A DNA stretch of 16,931 nucleotides from positions 1 to 16,931 of the forward strand of contig CAXGWI010000071.1 of assembly GCA_964013405.1 (NCBI GenBank), read 5' to 3'. The translations under genes and the position numbers were made by a program. This document shows, in pieces, positions 1 through 8,351 of the stretch. A model generated the notes under the pieces. The model did not search any database. It saw only the letters and a program-made list of their open reading frames with translations, and had not been told where the DNA came from. Within the stretch, counting starts at the first letter, position 1; each line of letters opens with the position of its first letter. The stretch comes from an uncultured Myxococcales bacterium (GTDB lineage: Bacteria; Myxococcota; UBA4151).

Positions 1-2598
1 CACCATCCAATAACCATCCACCGGGTTGTTATGCTGGGCAATCTCTGAGGCATCGAAAGATTGGTTACCAAGGACCCCCGGGGCCATCGCCGGCTTAAAC
101 GGGGTGAAGATGTCGAGCATCAGACGCCCCTCGCCCGAGAGGCGATAAAACTGTTCGGCTGCTGTGTTCGCCGCTCGCTCGGCATCCTCCATTTGATCTT
201 TAAAGTGGCTTTTGAGGCAGTCCTTGAGGGCGCTGATCACGCTTTGGGCGAAGGCGCTTTGGCCGCAAATGTAGGCTGAGCCTCCATCACCGCCGTCGGC
301 AAGGGGCAGCAAGGCTTGAAGGACCTGTTGCTGAAGGGCTGGCTCTTGTCGGAGGAGACCGTCCACTCGCCGTTGCGGACCTGGTTCGAAGGCCGTCGGG
401 CTCAACTTGGGCTGCCAGCGGGTGGCTTCCCGAGAAAATGCGACCTGGACCTGGACCCGATCATCCTGACTCCACTGGCTGAGCAAGGCTTCATAGTACA
501 ACTGCTTGGAACTGCGTGTCCCAAAGAGCAGGAGATTGTGTCCCTCAGCACCGGTCTCGAGTCGATTTTGGATGAAGCCGATGAACGGAGCGATGCCTGT
601 GCCCGCGGCGAACATGACGATCGGGCGGCTGGGATCCGCCGGCAAGTGGAAGCGTGATGGCCGATGGATTCGTATCGGGATTTCAGCTGCACCGTCCTGG
701 GTCCCCTGCAGTAGATAGGTGGATGCGGTGCCCGTGACCTCCCTATCCTCGCCATGGGGTCCCCGCTCCGCCCGATAGCGAAGGCCGCCGACGGTCAGAC
801 TCAATTCATCGACGGGCCCATCGTCCGTTGGGCTCTGACTCGAGGCGATCGAGTACAGACGATAACGATCGGGCGGCAACAAGCTCGAGAGGCTCTCCGA
901 CTCCCAAGGTGCGGCCCGCCAAAGGCGGCGGAGGTCGTAGTTGGACTGCCGATTGATCAGTTCACAGAGTCCGACAAAATCCCACTGATCCTCGGCCCGC
1001 GCTTCGAGCAGATCCCTCAGGGCTCGGGCGCCGGTGAGGCGAGCCATTCGGCGAAGGGTGGAACGCTCCATCGGTCGAAGACGAGCATACCGCAAGAAGG
1101 TGTCTAGGCGGACAAAAGCCCCCTCTTCCCGACTTGAGATCTCCTCGCCATGACGCAGCAGATGGGCTCGCCATTCCGCTGTAACCCCAAGCTCTTGCTG
1201 CCCCTCGGCCCGGAGAATCTTCATGGCCGCTTCCACGTCCCCAGGGCGGCTCTGGGGCAGAATCGCACAGCGATCGCCGGGCTGGTAGCGAAGCCCTTGT
1301 CCCCGAGTGTCCAAGGTGAGTCGTCGGACCGGTACTTCGGGATCTTTCACCACGGCCGCCCCTTGCCTGAGCGTGGCGGTACTGGGCCGGAGGGTCAGCC
1401 CCTCATAGCGTTCCCGTCGAGCCGCTTCGATGTGGTCGTCGACCCGATCCCAAGCCCGGGGGCCCATCGAGGCACTGAAGCCCCCATTGGTGGCTCTTCG
1501 ACCGGTCTTAAAGCCCAACTCGATGTAACCATAAAGTTTAAGACGGTGAATCCCCAGGAAGCCGCGCTCGCCGGCATAGGCATCTAAAGCCCCCTGATAC
1601 AGCCCCTCCAACTCCCGATCGTCCCGCTGCCGTATCCACCCACGCAGGTCGACGGCCCCAATGGAGCGATGCAAACGCTGAAAGTCCGAATGGAGCCAGG
1701 AGAGATTATGTTTGCTCTCTTGGCCCAGCGCTGAGCCGTATTCTTGTCGACGAAAGAGGGCATCGAGAATTTGAAACGTGGGTGTCTCCGTCCCGCTAAA
1801 GCCTGGCTCATCGGCCCGGGTCGGTGCGCCGAAGGGGGCCACAAGTTTCGCCCAGACGATGGGATCCGCGTAGTGTTTTGCCCAAGAGTTGGCTTCCAGC
1901 TTGAGGAAACTGCCGTAGGTCAGGCGGTCTAAGGCGCTCCGGACCTCGTCCAAATGCGCAGCGACGACATCTCGGTCGTCCGCGAGGACCCCTTCGGTCG
2001 CGCCAACCACTGCCGCGAGCAGCGGCCCCGACTGGGAGAGGATCTCGGTGACGGTCAACATGGAAAAGCGCTCGGCATCATTGCCCATCGTGGGGATCAG
2101 AATCTCCATATTCTCGAGGACTCTGGGACCCTCCGGATCCTTCAGCCGCCAGTTGTAGGCGACAAAGTCCGCTGAAGAGAGAAAGGGAGCCGGGCGTTTG
2201 AGCCGTGCGCTCACCGTCTTCCAGGGGGCCATGAGGCAGTTGGGGACGCTGGGGTATTGCTCGGGATGGGATCGAACCCAGGCATGGACAAGGTGACCTA
2301 GAATGGCCGCCGCTCGGCAAAGAGAGGGCGCCTCAAGCGAGGCTGCATCAGCGGAAAGCTCCGGTAAGTCTCGTACGGCGGCAAGGATCTGTCGGTCCCG
2401 CAGGAGCCGAGGCATGTCGGCGGCAAGCTCATCCCATAAAGCATGGGAGGATGGGAGTTCTCGCTGGGGCGGAGCGATCGGCACGAAGCCCTGGGCGACA
2501 GAGCAAAAGAGGTCGGTTCCATGCCCCTCCTGCAACTGGGTCTTCTCGGCTTCTGCAAGCACCAAGCCTGGGGAGGGGTCGTCCGCGCTTGGGATCAC
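1..2598 (-). CDS. IDO-like heme dioxygenase fused to FAD/NAD(P)H reductase (CPR/FNR-like) and cytochrome b5-like domain; 3' end outside window
   Basis: Hand translation shows no stop from GTG at 2598 to base 1. An in-frame TAG lies at 2599-2601 and GAGG about 8 nt upstream. IDO-like motifs: QGFVPIAPP, LPSSHALWDELAADMPRLL, PWKTVSARLKRPAPFLSSADFVAYNWRLKDPEGPRVLENMEIL, SGTETPTFQILDAL, GIHRLKLYGY (His 1546-1548), ATNGG. Reductase motifs: YQPGD (1287-1273), RLYSIAS (861-841), GTASTYL, GTGIAPF (603-583), LLFGTR, VAFSRE, YICG (273-262), MLDIF. Cyt b5-like start: FDASEIAQHNNPVDGYWMV (57-1). Confidence 0.9.
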   Translation of the reverse strand, partial: MIPSADDPSPGLVLAEAEKTQLQEGHGTDLFCSVAQGFVPIAPPQRELPSSHALWDELAADMPRLLRDRQILAAVRDLPELSADAASLEAPSLCRAAAILGHLVHAWVRSHPEQYPSVPNCLMAPWKTVSARLKRPAPFLSSADFVAYNWRLKDPEGPRVLENMEILIPTMGNDAERFSMLTVTEILSQSGPLLAAVVGATEGVLADDRDVVAAHLDEVRSALDRLTYGSFLKLEANSWAKHYADPIVWAKLVAPFGAPTRADEPGFSGTETPTFQILDALFRRQEYGSALGQESKHNLSWLHSDFQRLHRSIGAVDLRGWIRQRDDRELEGLYQGALDAYAGERGFLGIHRLKLYGYIELGFKTGRRATNGGFSASMGPRAWDRVDDHIEAARRERYEGLTLRPSTATLRQGAAVVKDPEVPVRRLTLDTRGQGLRYQPGDRCAILPQSRPGDVEAAMKILRAEGQQELGVTAEWRAHLLRHGEEISSREEGAFVRLDTFLRYARLRPMERSTLRRMARLTGARALRDLLEARAEDQWDFVGLCELINRQSNYDLRRLWRAAPWESESLSSLLPPDRYRLYSIASSQSPTDDGPVDELSLTVGGLRYRAERGPHGEDREVTGTASTYLLQGTQDGAAEIPIRIHRPSRFHLPADPSRPIVMFAAGTGIAPFIGFIQNRLETGAEGHNLLLFGTRSSKQLYYEALLSQWSQDDRVQVQVAFSREATRWQPKLSPTAFEPGPQRRVDGLLRQEPALQQQVLQALLPLADGGDGGSAYICGQSAFAQSVISALKDCLKSHFKDQMEDAERAANTAAEQFYRLSGEGRLMLDIFTPFKPAMAPGVLGNQSFDASEIAQHNNPVDGYWMV

Positions 2599-2689
2599 CT
2601 AAGAGGCCTCGCATTGAGGCTGAGACTGAACAAGGCGATTGCAGCAGGAGTTCTCAAAACCCCCGAAGAATGCCTTCGTTGCCTTCAAG

Positions 2690-4963
2690 CTAATCGACCT
2701 GCTGAAAGCAGTAGATCGGGCTGAGTCGGTCACAGCCCTGACCCGCACACCAACTGGTCCAGTTAGAGACCATGTCATAACGACCCCAATACCCAACCCC
2801 TTCTTCACTGGTCCAATTCTGGCAGGAGTTGCGCAAAGTGTAGCCGTTGCGTTCTACCCCACTCCAGACGGTGCGGAAGCCCCCGCCGGAACACATGGTC
2901 GTGCCAACGGCCTCTGGCCTTCGACCATACTCGTCTCTGTCGATGACGTTCGTGATCCCGTTGGTCAAGTGCCACCAGGTCTCCGCAACCATCTCACCGG
3001 TCGTAAGGACATAAGGGAAGGCCCGTCGATTCCAGGTGTTTGCAGGTGCTTGTCCAGCGACCCCGAGCCAGGCGGTGTAGCGACCAGGGAGACCCGCTGC
3101 CTGAGCCAGACGGTTACAGTGGGCGTCCCCACCTGCTTGTCCACCCAAGTTGCCCGTAAACATCTCACTGGAGAGGAAGACGTAATAAACCTCCTCTGTG
3201 CAACTCGCGCTGCAGCCGTCGCCATCGTCATTGTTGCCATCATCACACTCTTCATCTCGATCGTCGTCTAGATTGCCATCACCACAATAGTGGGTCGTTC
3301 CAGCGGCGACCTGGCAGCCCGGCGTACACACTTCACAGGCCCGCTCCCCGTAGGCACAATCGAGCCGATTGGCTTCACCCTCGTCACAGGCTTCGCCATC
3401 GGCATCATGGACCACCCCATCGCCACAGACCCGCGGGACGCCGGCCGCTTGGGCACAACTCAGATTACAGACTTGGCACGCGTCTTCACCATAGGGGCAA
3501 TCTAGGGTGTTGCCCTCGCCATTGTCACAGTCCTCCCCTTCTTGCTGCTGCACTTCACCATCCCCACAGTAATGGGTTTCTCCGGCTTCCTCGCCGCAGG
3601 CTTCATTGCAGACGGTACAAGCCCGTTCCCCGTAGGCGCAGACTAGGTTCACATTGCCCCCTGCATCGCAGTCTTCGCCGTCAAGCCCATCGATCACGCC
3701 GTCGCCACAGTAGTGGGCCTGACCTGCACGGCGCTGACAGTCGGGATGGCAAAGCTCACATGCTTCGAGACCATAGGCGCAGGTTTCCGTGTTCCCGTCG
3801 CCCTCGTCGCAGGCTTCGCCGTCGTCACCGTCGATCTGCCCATCCCCACAGAAGTGGACGGCACCGGCTTGCTGTTGGCATTCCGCATTGCAGACTTGGC
3901 AGGCCTGTTCGCCATAGGCACAGGTGAGGTTGACCCCGTCCCCTGCATCGCAGGCCTCTCCCGCCCCTGCGTCCGTCGACCCGTCGCCGCAGAAGCTCGT
4001 CAGCCCTTGGCCGCGTTGGCAGACCGGCGTACAGACCTCACAACTCTGCTCACCATAGACACAACGCTCCGTGTTCCCTTCGCCTTCATCACAGGCTTCG
4101 CCCGCAGCTTCGTTGGTGAGCCCATCACCACAGAGGGCCGGGCTGCAATCCGAGTCACAGGTTGCGGTCGCTTCACCATCATCACAGGCCTCGTAACCGT
4201 CCTCACCGGGCTCGAGGTCGACTCGGAGGATGCTGTCCCCACAGCGAGCGGCCTCGCAATTGGCTAGGCAGGCATCTTCATCCACCAAGCCCCCATCGTC
4301 GCAGGCTTCGCCGTTGTCGACGACGCCATCACCGCAAGCTGCTAACTGGCATGAGCTTCGGCAGGCATCCGCGACTAAGTCGGAGTTTGCTTCGCCGTCA
4401 TCACAGGCCTCGAAACCCTCGTCCCCCTCCGCCAGATCCGTTCGGAGGAAACCATCACCACAACCGGCCTCTTGGCAATTGGTCAGGCAGTTATCGGTCT
4501 CGCTTGCGTTACCGTCGTCGCAGGCCTCCGAACTGTCGACCACCCCATCGCCACAACCCCCTTGCTGGCAGTCCGTACGGCATTGCGCATCCGGAGCTTC
4601 GCTGTTCTCATCGCCTTCGTCACAGGCCTCGAAATCCGAATCCTCGCCTTGAAGATCGGTTCGCAGGAAACCATCACCACAGCGTGCAGCGACACAGGTC
4701 GCTAAACAGGCATCCGTATCCTCGGTGTTTCCATCGTCGCAATCTTCCACCCCCACATGCCGAATTCCATCGCCGCAGACAGCTTCCCGACAGGCCGCCG
4801 TACAGGCATCAGAATCGACCTCATTACCATCGTCACAGGCCTCTCCGGTGCCGACGATGCCATCGCCACAAACGACACGATCTTCTGGCTCCGGTGTCTC
4901 CAAAGCCAAACAAGCCGTGGTCAACGAAAACAGGGTAAGGAAAGCGACTTGGCGAGGCATCAT
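2690..4963 (-). CDS. Probable lipoprotein with Myxococcus Cys-rich (DUF4215-like) repeats and C-terminal DUF1554/endostatin-like domain
   Basis: Many CGDG..(G)EACDDGN...C repeats. C-terminal [39 protein letters not shown]...PIYCFQ. Start moved from 5047 to ATG 4963, which has GGAG 6 nt upstream and gives a signal peptide with a lipobox-like end ([18 protein letters not shown]). Confidence 0.88.
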   Translation of the reverse strand: MMPRQVAFLTLFSLTTACLALETPEPEDRVVCGDGIVGTGEACDDGNEVDSDACTAACREAVCGDGIRHVGVEDCDDGNTEDTDACLATCVAARCGDGFLRTDLQGEDSDFEACDEGDENSEAPDAQCRTDCQQGGCGDGVVDSSEACDDGNASETDNCLTNCQEAGCGDGFLRTDLAEGDEGFEACDDGEANSDLVADACRSSCQLAACGDGVVDNGEACDDGGLVDEDACLANCEAARCGDSILRVDLEPGEDGYEACDDGEATATCDSDCSPALCGDGLTNEAAGEACDEGEGNTERCVYGEQSCEVCTPVCQRGQGLTSFCGDGSTDAGAGEACDAGDGVNLTCAYGEQACQVCNAECQQQAGAVHFCGDGQIDGDDGEACDEGDGNTETCAYGLEACELCHPDCQRRAGQAHYCGDGVIDGLDGEDCDAGGNVNLVCAYGERACTVCNEACGEEAGETHYCGDGEVQQQEGEDCDNGEGNTLDCPYGEDACQVCNLSCAQAAGVPRVCGDGVVHDADGEACDEGEANRLDCAYGERACEVCTPGCQVAAGTTHYCGDGNLDDDRDEECDDGNNDDGDGCSASCTEEVYYVFLSSEMFTGNLGGQAGGDAHCNRLAQAAGLPGRYTAWLGVAGQAPANTWNRRAFPYVLTTGEMVAETWWHLTNGITNVIDRDEYGRRPEAVGTTMCSGGGFRTVWSGVERNGYTLRNSCQNWTSEEGVGYWGRYDMVSNWTSWCAGQGCDRLSPIYCFQQVD
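3287..4132 (-). repeat. Six tandem 47-aa (141-nt) six-cysteine repeats within the Cys-rich CDS
   Basis: Unit CGDG-x6-GE(A/D)CDxG-x6-CxYG-x3-CxxC-x3-C-x4-G-x4, counted six times in the translation. Confidence 0.9.
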
Positions 4964-5158
4964 AGGGAGCTCCAAACAGGCGAACTCTGCCCGAAAGGGA
5001 CCACCCTCGTAAACACCCCCCTCAGAAGGTGCAATTCCCAGGTCCATCCTACAGCGCCCATTGCGTCGTCTACGAAGCCATACGGTGGCGATGGCTTGTG
5101 TCCAGTGCAGCTGTTGCGCAGGATGCTGGGGCGCGATGATCGACCGGGGGTTCGGCTT

Positions 5159-6001
5159 GTGGACGAGGGTTTTTCCCCAGCAGTGCTGGCTTGGTGGGCG
5201 GTCATGTCCGGTATTGGGCTTTTCAATATCGGGCTTTGGATCGCTTTCGGCTTAAGACACAGGCGGCGAACGAGTCGGGACAGGCACTGGGCCGCCTACT
5301 GGCGTTGGCAATGGTGCCTTTCAGGGCTCTATGTGCTCGGCTGCGCCTCCCGTTGCTTTGTCTTGCGCAGCGACGTGAACCGTTATGCGCTCATCGACTC
5401 ATGGATCGCCAGCGTGGCGGTCGGGCGCAGCGTAGCGACGGTGGCTGAGCTGGCTTTCGTCGCCCAATGGACGGTACTCTTGCTGTTGTTCGCCCGGGTC
5501 AGTCGGGCGAATTTTGCCGCCCGCTGTGCTTGGCCGATCGTGCCGCTCATCGTCTTCGCTGAGTTCGCCTCATGGTACGGTGTCCTCACGACGAACTATC
5601 TAGGGCACGCCATCGAAGAGTCTTTGTGGGCCTTGAGTGCGGCGCTGATGGTGCTGGGACTCTGGCACTGTCGCGAGGGGGCCCCCAAGGCCTTTCAGAA
5701 GCCCATCAAGGCGGGCCTGTTTTGCGGCCTAAGCTACATACTTTACATGGTCATCATCGACATCCCGACCTATGTCGGTGCCTGGGCCCGCGACCAAGAG
5801 GCGAGCAAGGTCTATTTCACACTGAGCGAAGGCCTCGGGGATATTCAACGGGTCGTGGTGACCGGGCGTACAGAGGATTGGCAGTACCCCATGGTGTGGA
5901 TGACCCTGTATTTCAGCCTCGCAGTCTGGATCAGCTTGGCGATGGTTCGTTGGCCCGAAGAGGTCGATTTGCCAGCCATAGAGTCGCAGCCCGAAGACTA
6001 A
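5159..6001 (+). CDS. Multi-pass integral membrane protein of unknown function
   Basis: About 7 hydrophobic segments, with motifs [32 protein letters not shown] and [14 protein letters not shown]. The track start at 4757 overlaps the divergent gene. The real start is probably GTG 5159 or ATG 5123 (uncertain). Confidence 0.8.
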   Translation: MDEGFSPAVLAWWAVMSGIGLFNIGLWIAFGLRHRRRTSRDRHWAAYWRWQWCLSGLYVLGCASRCFVLRSDVNRYALIDSWIASVAVGRSVATVAELAFVAQWTVLLLLFARVSRANFAARCAWPIVPLIVFAEFASWYGVLTTNYLGHAIEESLWALSAALMVLGLWHCREGAPKAFQKPIKAGLFCGLSYILYMVIIDIPTYVGAWARDQEASKVYFTLSEGLGDIQRVVVTGRTEDWQYPMVWMTLYFSLAVWISLAMVRWPEEVDLPAIESQPED

Positions 6002-8244
6002 AGGAAGCCCTTATGCCCCAAGAGGTAGAGCCGCAGCATGAAGCCGCGAGCGATACCGGTGCTTTCTCTGGGAACCCCCGCTCCCATCCAGTCATTGTCT
6101 TCGAATTTCACCTGACCGTTGACTTGAAATCCTTCAGTTTGGATCGCCCAACGGCCAGAAAACAGCGTGCAACCGCCACCCGCACCGAGCCCCCCCACCT
6201 CACCATTCACGATGGCCGCTTCATTGCCACCATGGGCTTCGACAAGGCCGCCTGGCGCTTGGCGAAAGCTGCTGATGTGCCGGTCCCGAAAGAGGCTGAT
6301 CTGAGCCCGGCTGTGGACACCACAACGCAGGACAGACTTGGGAAAGCGCCAGACATCCGTACTGAGAATCGCCTTGGAGAAGCCCTGGATTGCGCCGCCC
6401 ACCGGAAAAGCCCAACCGCCTTCGAAGGCTAACTCCCCGAAGGGGCGCCGGAAGACCAAACCACCGACCACCTCACCGCCGAGGCGCCCATAGATGTGCT
6501 GGCCAAACCACGGCGACTTGATCTGCAACGCGATCGAAGGTGCGATGATGCCAGTCACATCCGTATTCCAGCGTTGGTCGTCCCGATCACCCATTTCCAG
6601 ATTCAGGGAGCTGAACCCGCCGAGGGTCAAACCGAGATAGTCGTGGCGAGGTGCGATGGGAAACAACAGGGACCAGGGTACTTTTTTGTGTTTGGTCGGG
6701 GTCGCGGCCTGCTTCGCTTGGGTCGGCGGTGGCACCGTTTTACGGTGGCTGGAAGACCCTGGCTTCTGCTCTTGTTTCTTTGCCCTACGCTTTGAGTTCT
6801 GACGGTTCTTCTGACGTTTGGCTTGACGCTTCGCTTTGCGCTTCGCTTTCCGTTTTGCTCGCTTCCCGGCCTTGGATTCCTTGGCTCTCTTGGCCTGGTG
6901 CCTCTGTCGTTGTTTTGCCGCCTTTTTCTGCGCCGATCGGTGGGCCCGCCAAGACCTCAGTAGGGCGCTACGTTTTGCACGACGCGCCGGCTGACGTGCT
7001 TTCCGTTTCGCTTGTCGGGCCCGTCGGCGCTCGACCGCTGCCGTGAGATCGATCTCGCCCTTTGGCTTCACATCCGGCTCCAGGCCATCGGCGATGCCGA
7101 AGATCCGCTCCTCCTCAGGCCCCAATGAGAGGACGAGGGCGAGGTCCTGGGCCTGGCCCTTGAGGCCGAAGAACACGACCCAGCCCTGGGTCGATTGGCC
7201 CGGTTGCAAGGTCTTTGACCGCAGCAGATTGGGGTCGTCCTTAGGCAGCTGGGTCAAGGCGGGAAAGAAGCGAGAACTTGAGTGCCCTGGCTGTTGATCC
7301 ACAAGGGCAAACTGGTTCAGGTCGTAGGTAAAGGGCTTCTTCTGGCTGCCCAAGTCGACCCACAGTCCCACTGTATATCGTCCGTCTTTCTCCTTGTGAT
7401 ACCGGGCCGCATTGAGTCGGATCCAGGCGCCCCCACCCAAGTCGATGGGGCGACCAAAGTTACCGATCCATAAACTTCCGAGACCTTGACCGGGAAAGCC
7501 TTCCGTGGCTTGCCGTATGGCGACTTCGGCGGCCAAGCGTTGCCGCTCTCTCTCCTCTTCCTTTTGTTGCTTTCGAACGGCCTTGACCATGCCCTCGCGC
7601 CGGGCCGCTTCCGCCACTGCTTCTCTTTTCGCTGCTTCCTCTTGGAGCCGCCGTTGTCGCTCCGCTTCCGCCGCCAAAATCCGCTGTTTCGCCTCAAGTT
7701 CGGCTTTTGATGTTTTCGGCATAAAGCCTGTGATGGGGCGGTCGGGGAGAAAGATGGAACTCAGAACCGTCTTCACCACGGGCCCGAGCTGCTCCCGCAG
7801 CCCTTCGATCTGATCGGCGGACACCATCTCAGTGGCGAGGCTGCGCTCCCCGCTCCAAAGTTTGAGGCTCACCTCAAAGCCGGAGCCGACGGTGTAGAAT
7901 TCCGTACCGAGTAGGTAATTGATGTCCAAAGCGCCCATGATCTCCTGAACGCACTCGTCATCCTGACAACTTTGTCGAGCCTCCTCGGAACTCATCCCGG
8001 AAGCCTGAAGCAGGGCTAAGACATTCGAGGGCGTTGTGACCGCAAGCCGCCCCCGGCTCTGCCGGAGGATGGCTGACTCCACCCAGGATTCCACCCGCCG
8101 CCCCGGGCTCCCCACGTTCCCCGCACACAAGGCTGCAGGGAAACAATCGATGGGCTTCATGGCTAAACTGGGCAGGGGCGCTGCGTCGCCCGGGTTCATG
8201 AGCATCAGGAGGGCGGCGAGGGGCTGCAGCAACATCAAAGACAA
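5998..8244 (-). CDS. Secreted multidomain hypothetical protein (N-terminal alpha/beta domain with CxxxxC, coiled coil, DUF4352-like Ig fold, K/R-rich linker, beta-rich C-terminus)
   Basis: 748-aa ORF with signal-like N-terminus (LLQPLAALLMLMNPGDA), CQDDECVQEIMGALDINYLL, an E/R/A-rich helix, and FALVDQ...LQPGQSTQGWVVF. Start is TTG 8244 or ATG 8235. Confidence 0.75.
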   Translation of the reverse strand: MSLMLLQPLAALLMLMNPGDAAPLPSLAMKPIDCFPAALCAGNVGSPGRRVESWVESAILRQSRGRLAVTTPSNVLALLQASGMSSEEARQSCQDDECVQEIMGALDINYLLGTEFYTVGSGFEVSLKLWSGERSLATEMVSADQIEGLREQLGPVVKTVLSSIFLPDRPITGFMPKTSKAELEAKQRILAAEAERQRRLQEEAAKREAVAEAARREGMVKAVRKQQKEEERERQRLAAEVAIRQATEGFPGQGLGSLWIGNFGRPIDLGGGAWIRLNAARYHKEKDGRYTVGLWVDLGSQKKPFTYDLNQFALVDQQPGHSSSRFFPALTQLPKDDPNLLRSKTLQPGQSTQGWVVFFGLKGQAQDLALVLSLGPEEERIFGIADGLEPDVKPKGEIDLTAAVERRRARQAKRKARQPARRAKRSALLRSWRAHRSAQKKAAKQRQRHQAKRAKESKAGKRAKRKAKRKAKRQAKRQKNRQNSKRRAKKQEQKPGSSSHRKTVPPPTQAKQAATPTKHKKVPWSLLFPIAPRHDYLGLTLGGFSSLNLEMGDRDDQRWNTDVTGIIAPSIALQIKSPWFGQHIYGRLGGEVVGGLVFRRPFGELAFEGGWAFPVGGAIQGFSKAILSTDVWRFPKSVLRCGVHSRAQISLFRDRHISSFRQAPGGLVEAHGGNEAAIVNGEVGGLGAGGGCTLFSGRWAIQTEGFQVNGQVKFEDNDWMGAGVPRESTGIARGFMLRLYLLGHKGFL

Positions 8245-8351
8245 ATCCCAACCAAACCTTGGCCGAAGCGCTTAAGAGGTGCAAGCCGGGACCTACTGAA
8301 TATCGACTGCCGACCAACTGGGGATTTCGAATCCCAGAAAGCAGAATTTAG

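Noticed and set aside
61..2175. Plus-strand ORFs 61-279, 316-657, 754-1107, 1150-1587, 1744-1932 and 1954-2175
   Set aside because: They are antisense shadows in the mirror frame of the IDO-reductase CDS and have no recognisable motifs.
1..2598. Calling the fusion a nitric oxide synthase, P450BM3 or sulfite reductase flavoprotein
   Set aside because: There is no Cys-thiolate heme motif and no FMN domain, and the N-terminal motifs follow IDO.
2599..2808. 69-aa ORF in frame with the IDO fusion, separated by a single TAG (possible readthrough)
   Set aside because: It overlaps the upstream Cys-rich gene in another frame and has no motif. The IDO domain is already complete downstream of GTG 2598.
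3200..4870. Recurring DNA words such as tcgcaggc/tcacaggc and ccatcgcc as a possible CRISPR or non-coding array
   Set aside because: They are degenerate at third codon positions and lie within an open frame, so they are protein repeats.
4162..4938. His/Arg-rich 258-aa plus-strand ORF and similar Ser/Pro-rich ORFs (4230-4652, 16112-16726)
   Set aside because: Their composition is explained by the reverse complement of the Asp/Gly/Cys repeat codons.
4757..5122. N-terminal extension of the membrane protein ORF
   Set aside because: It overlaps the divergent Cys-rich gene and looks non-coding; a downstream start fits better.
5572..6432. 286-aa plus-strand ORF
   Set aside because: It overlaps two better-supported genes and has no recognisable features.
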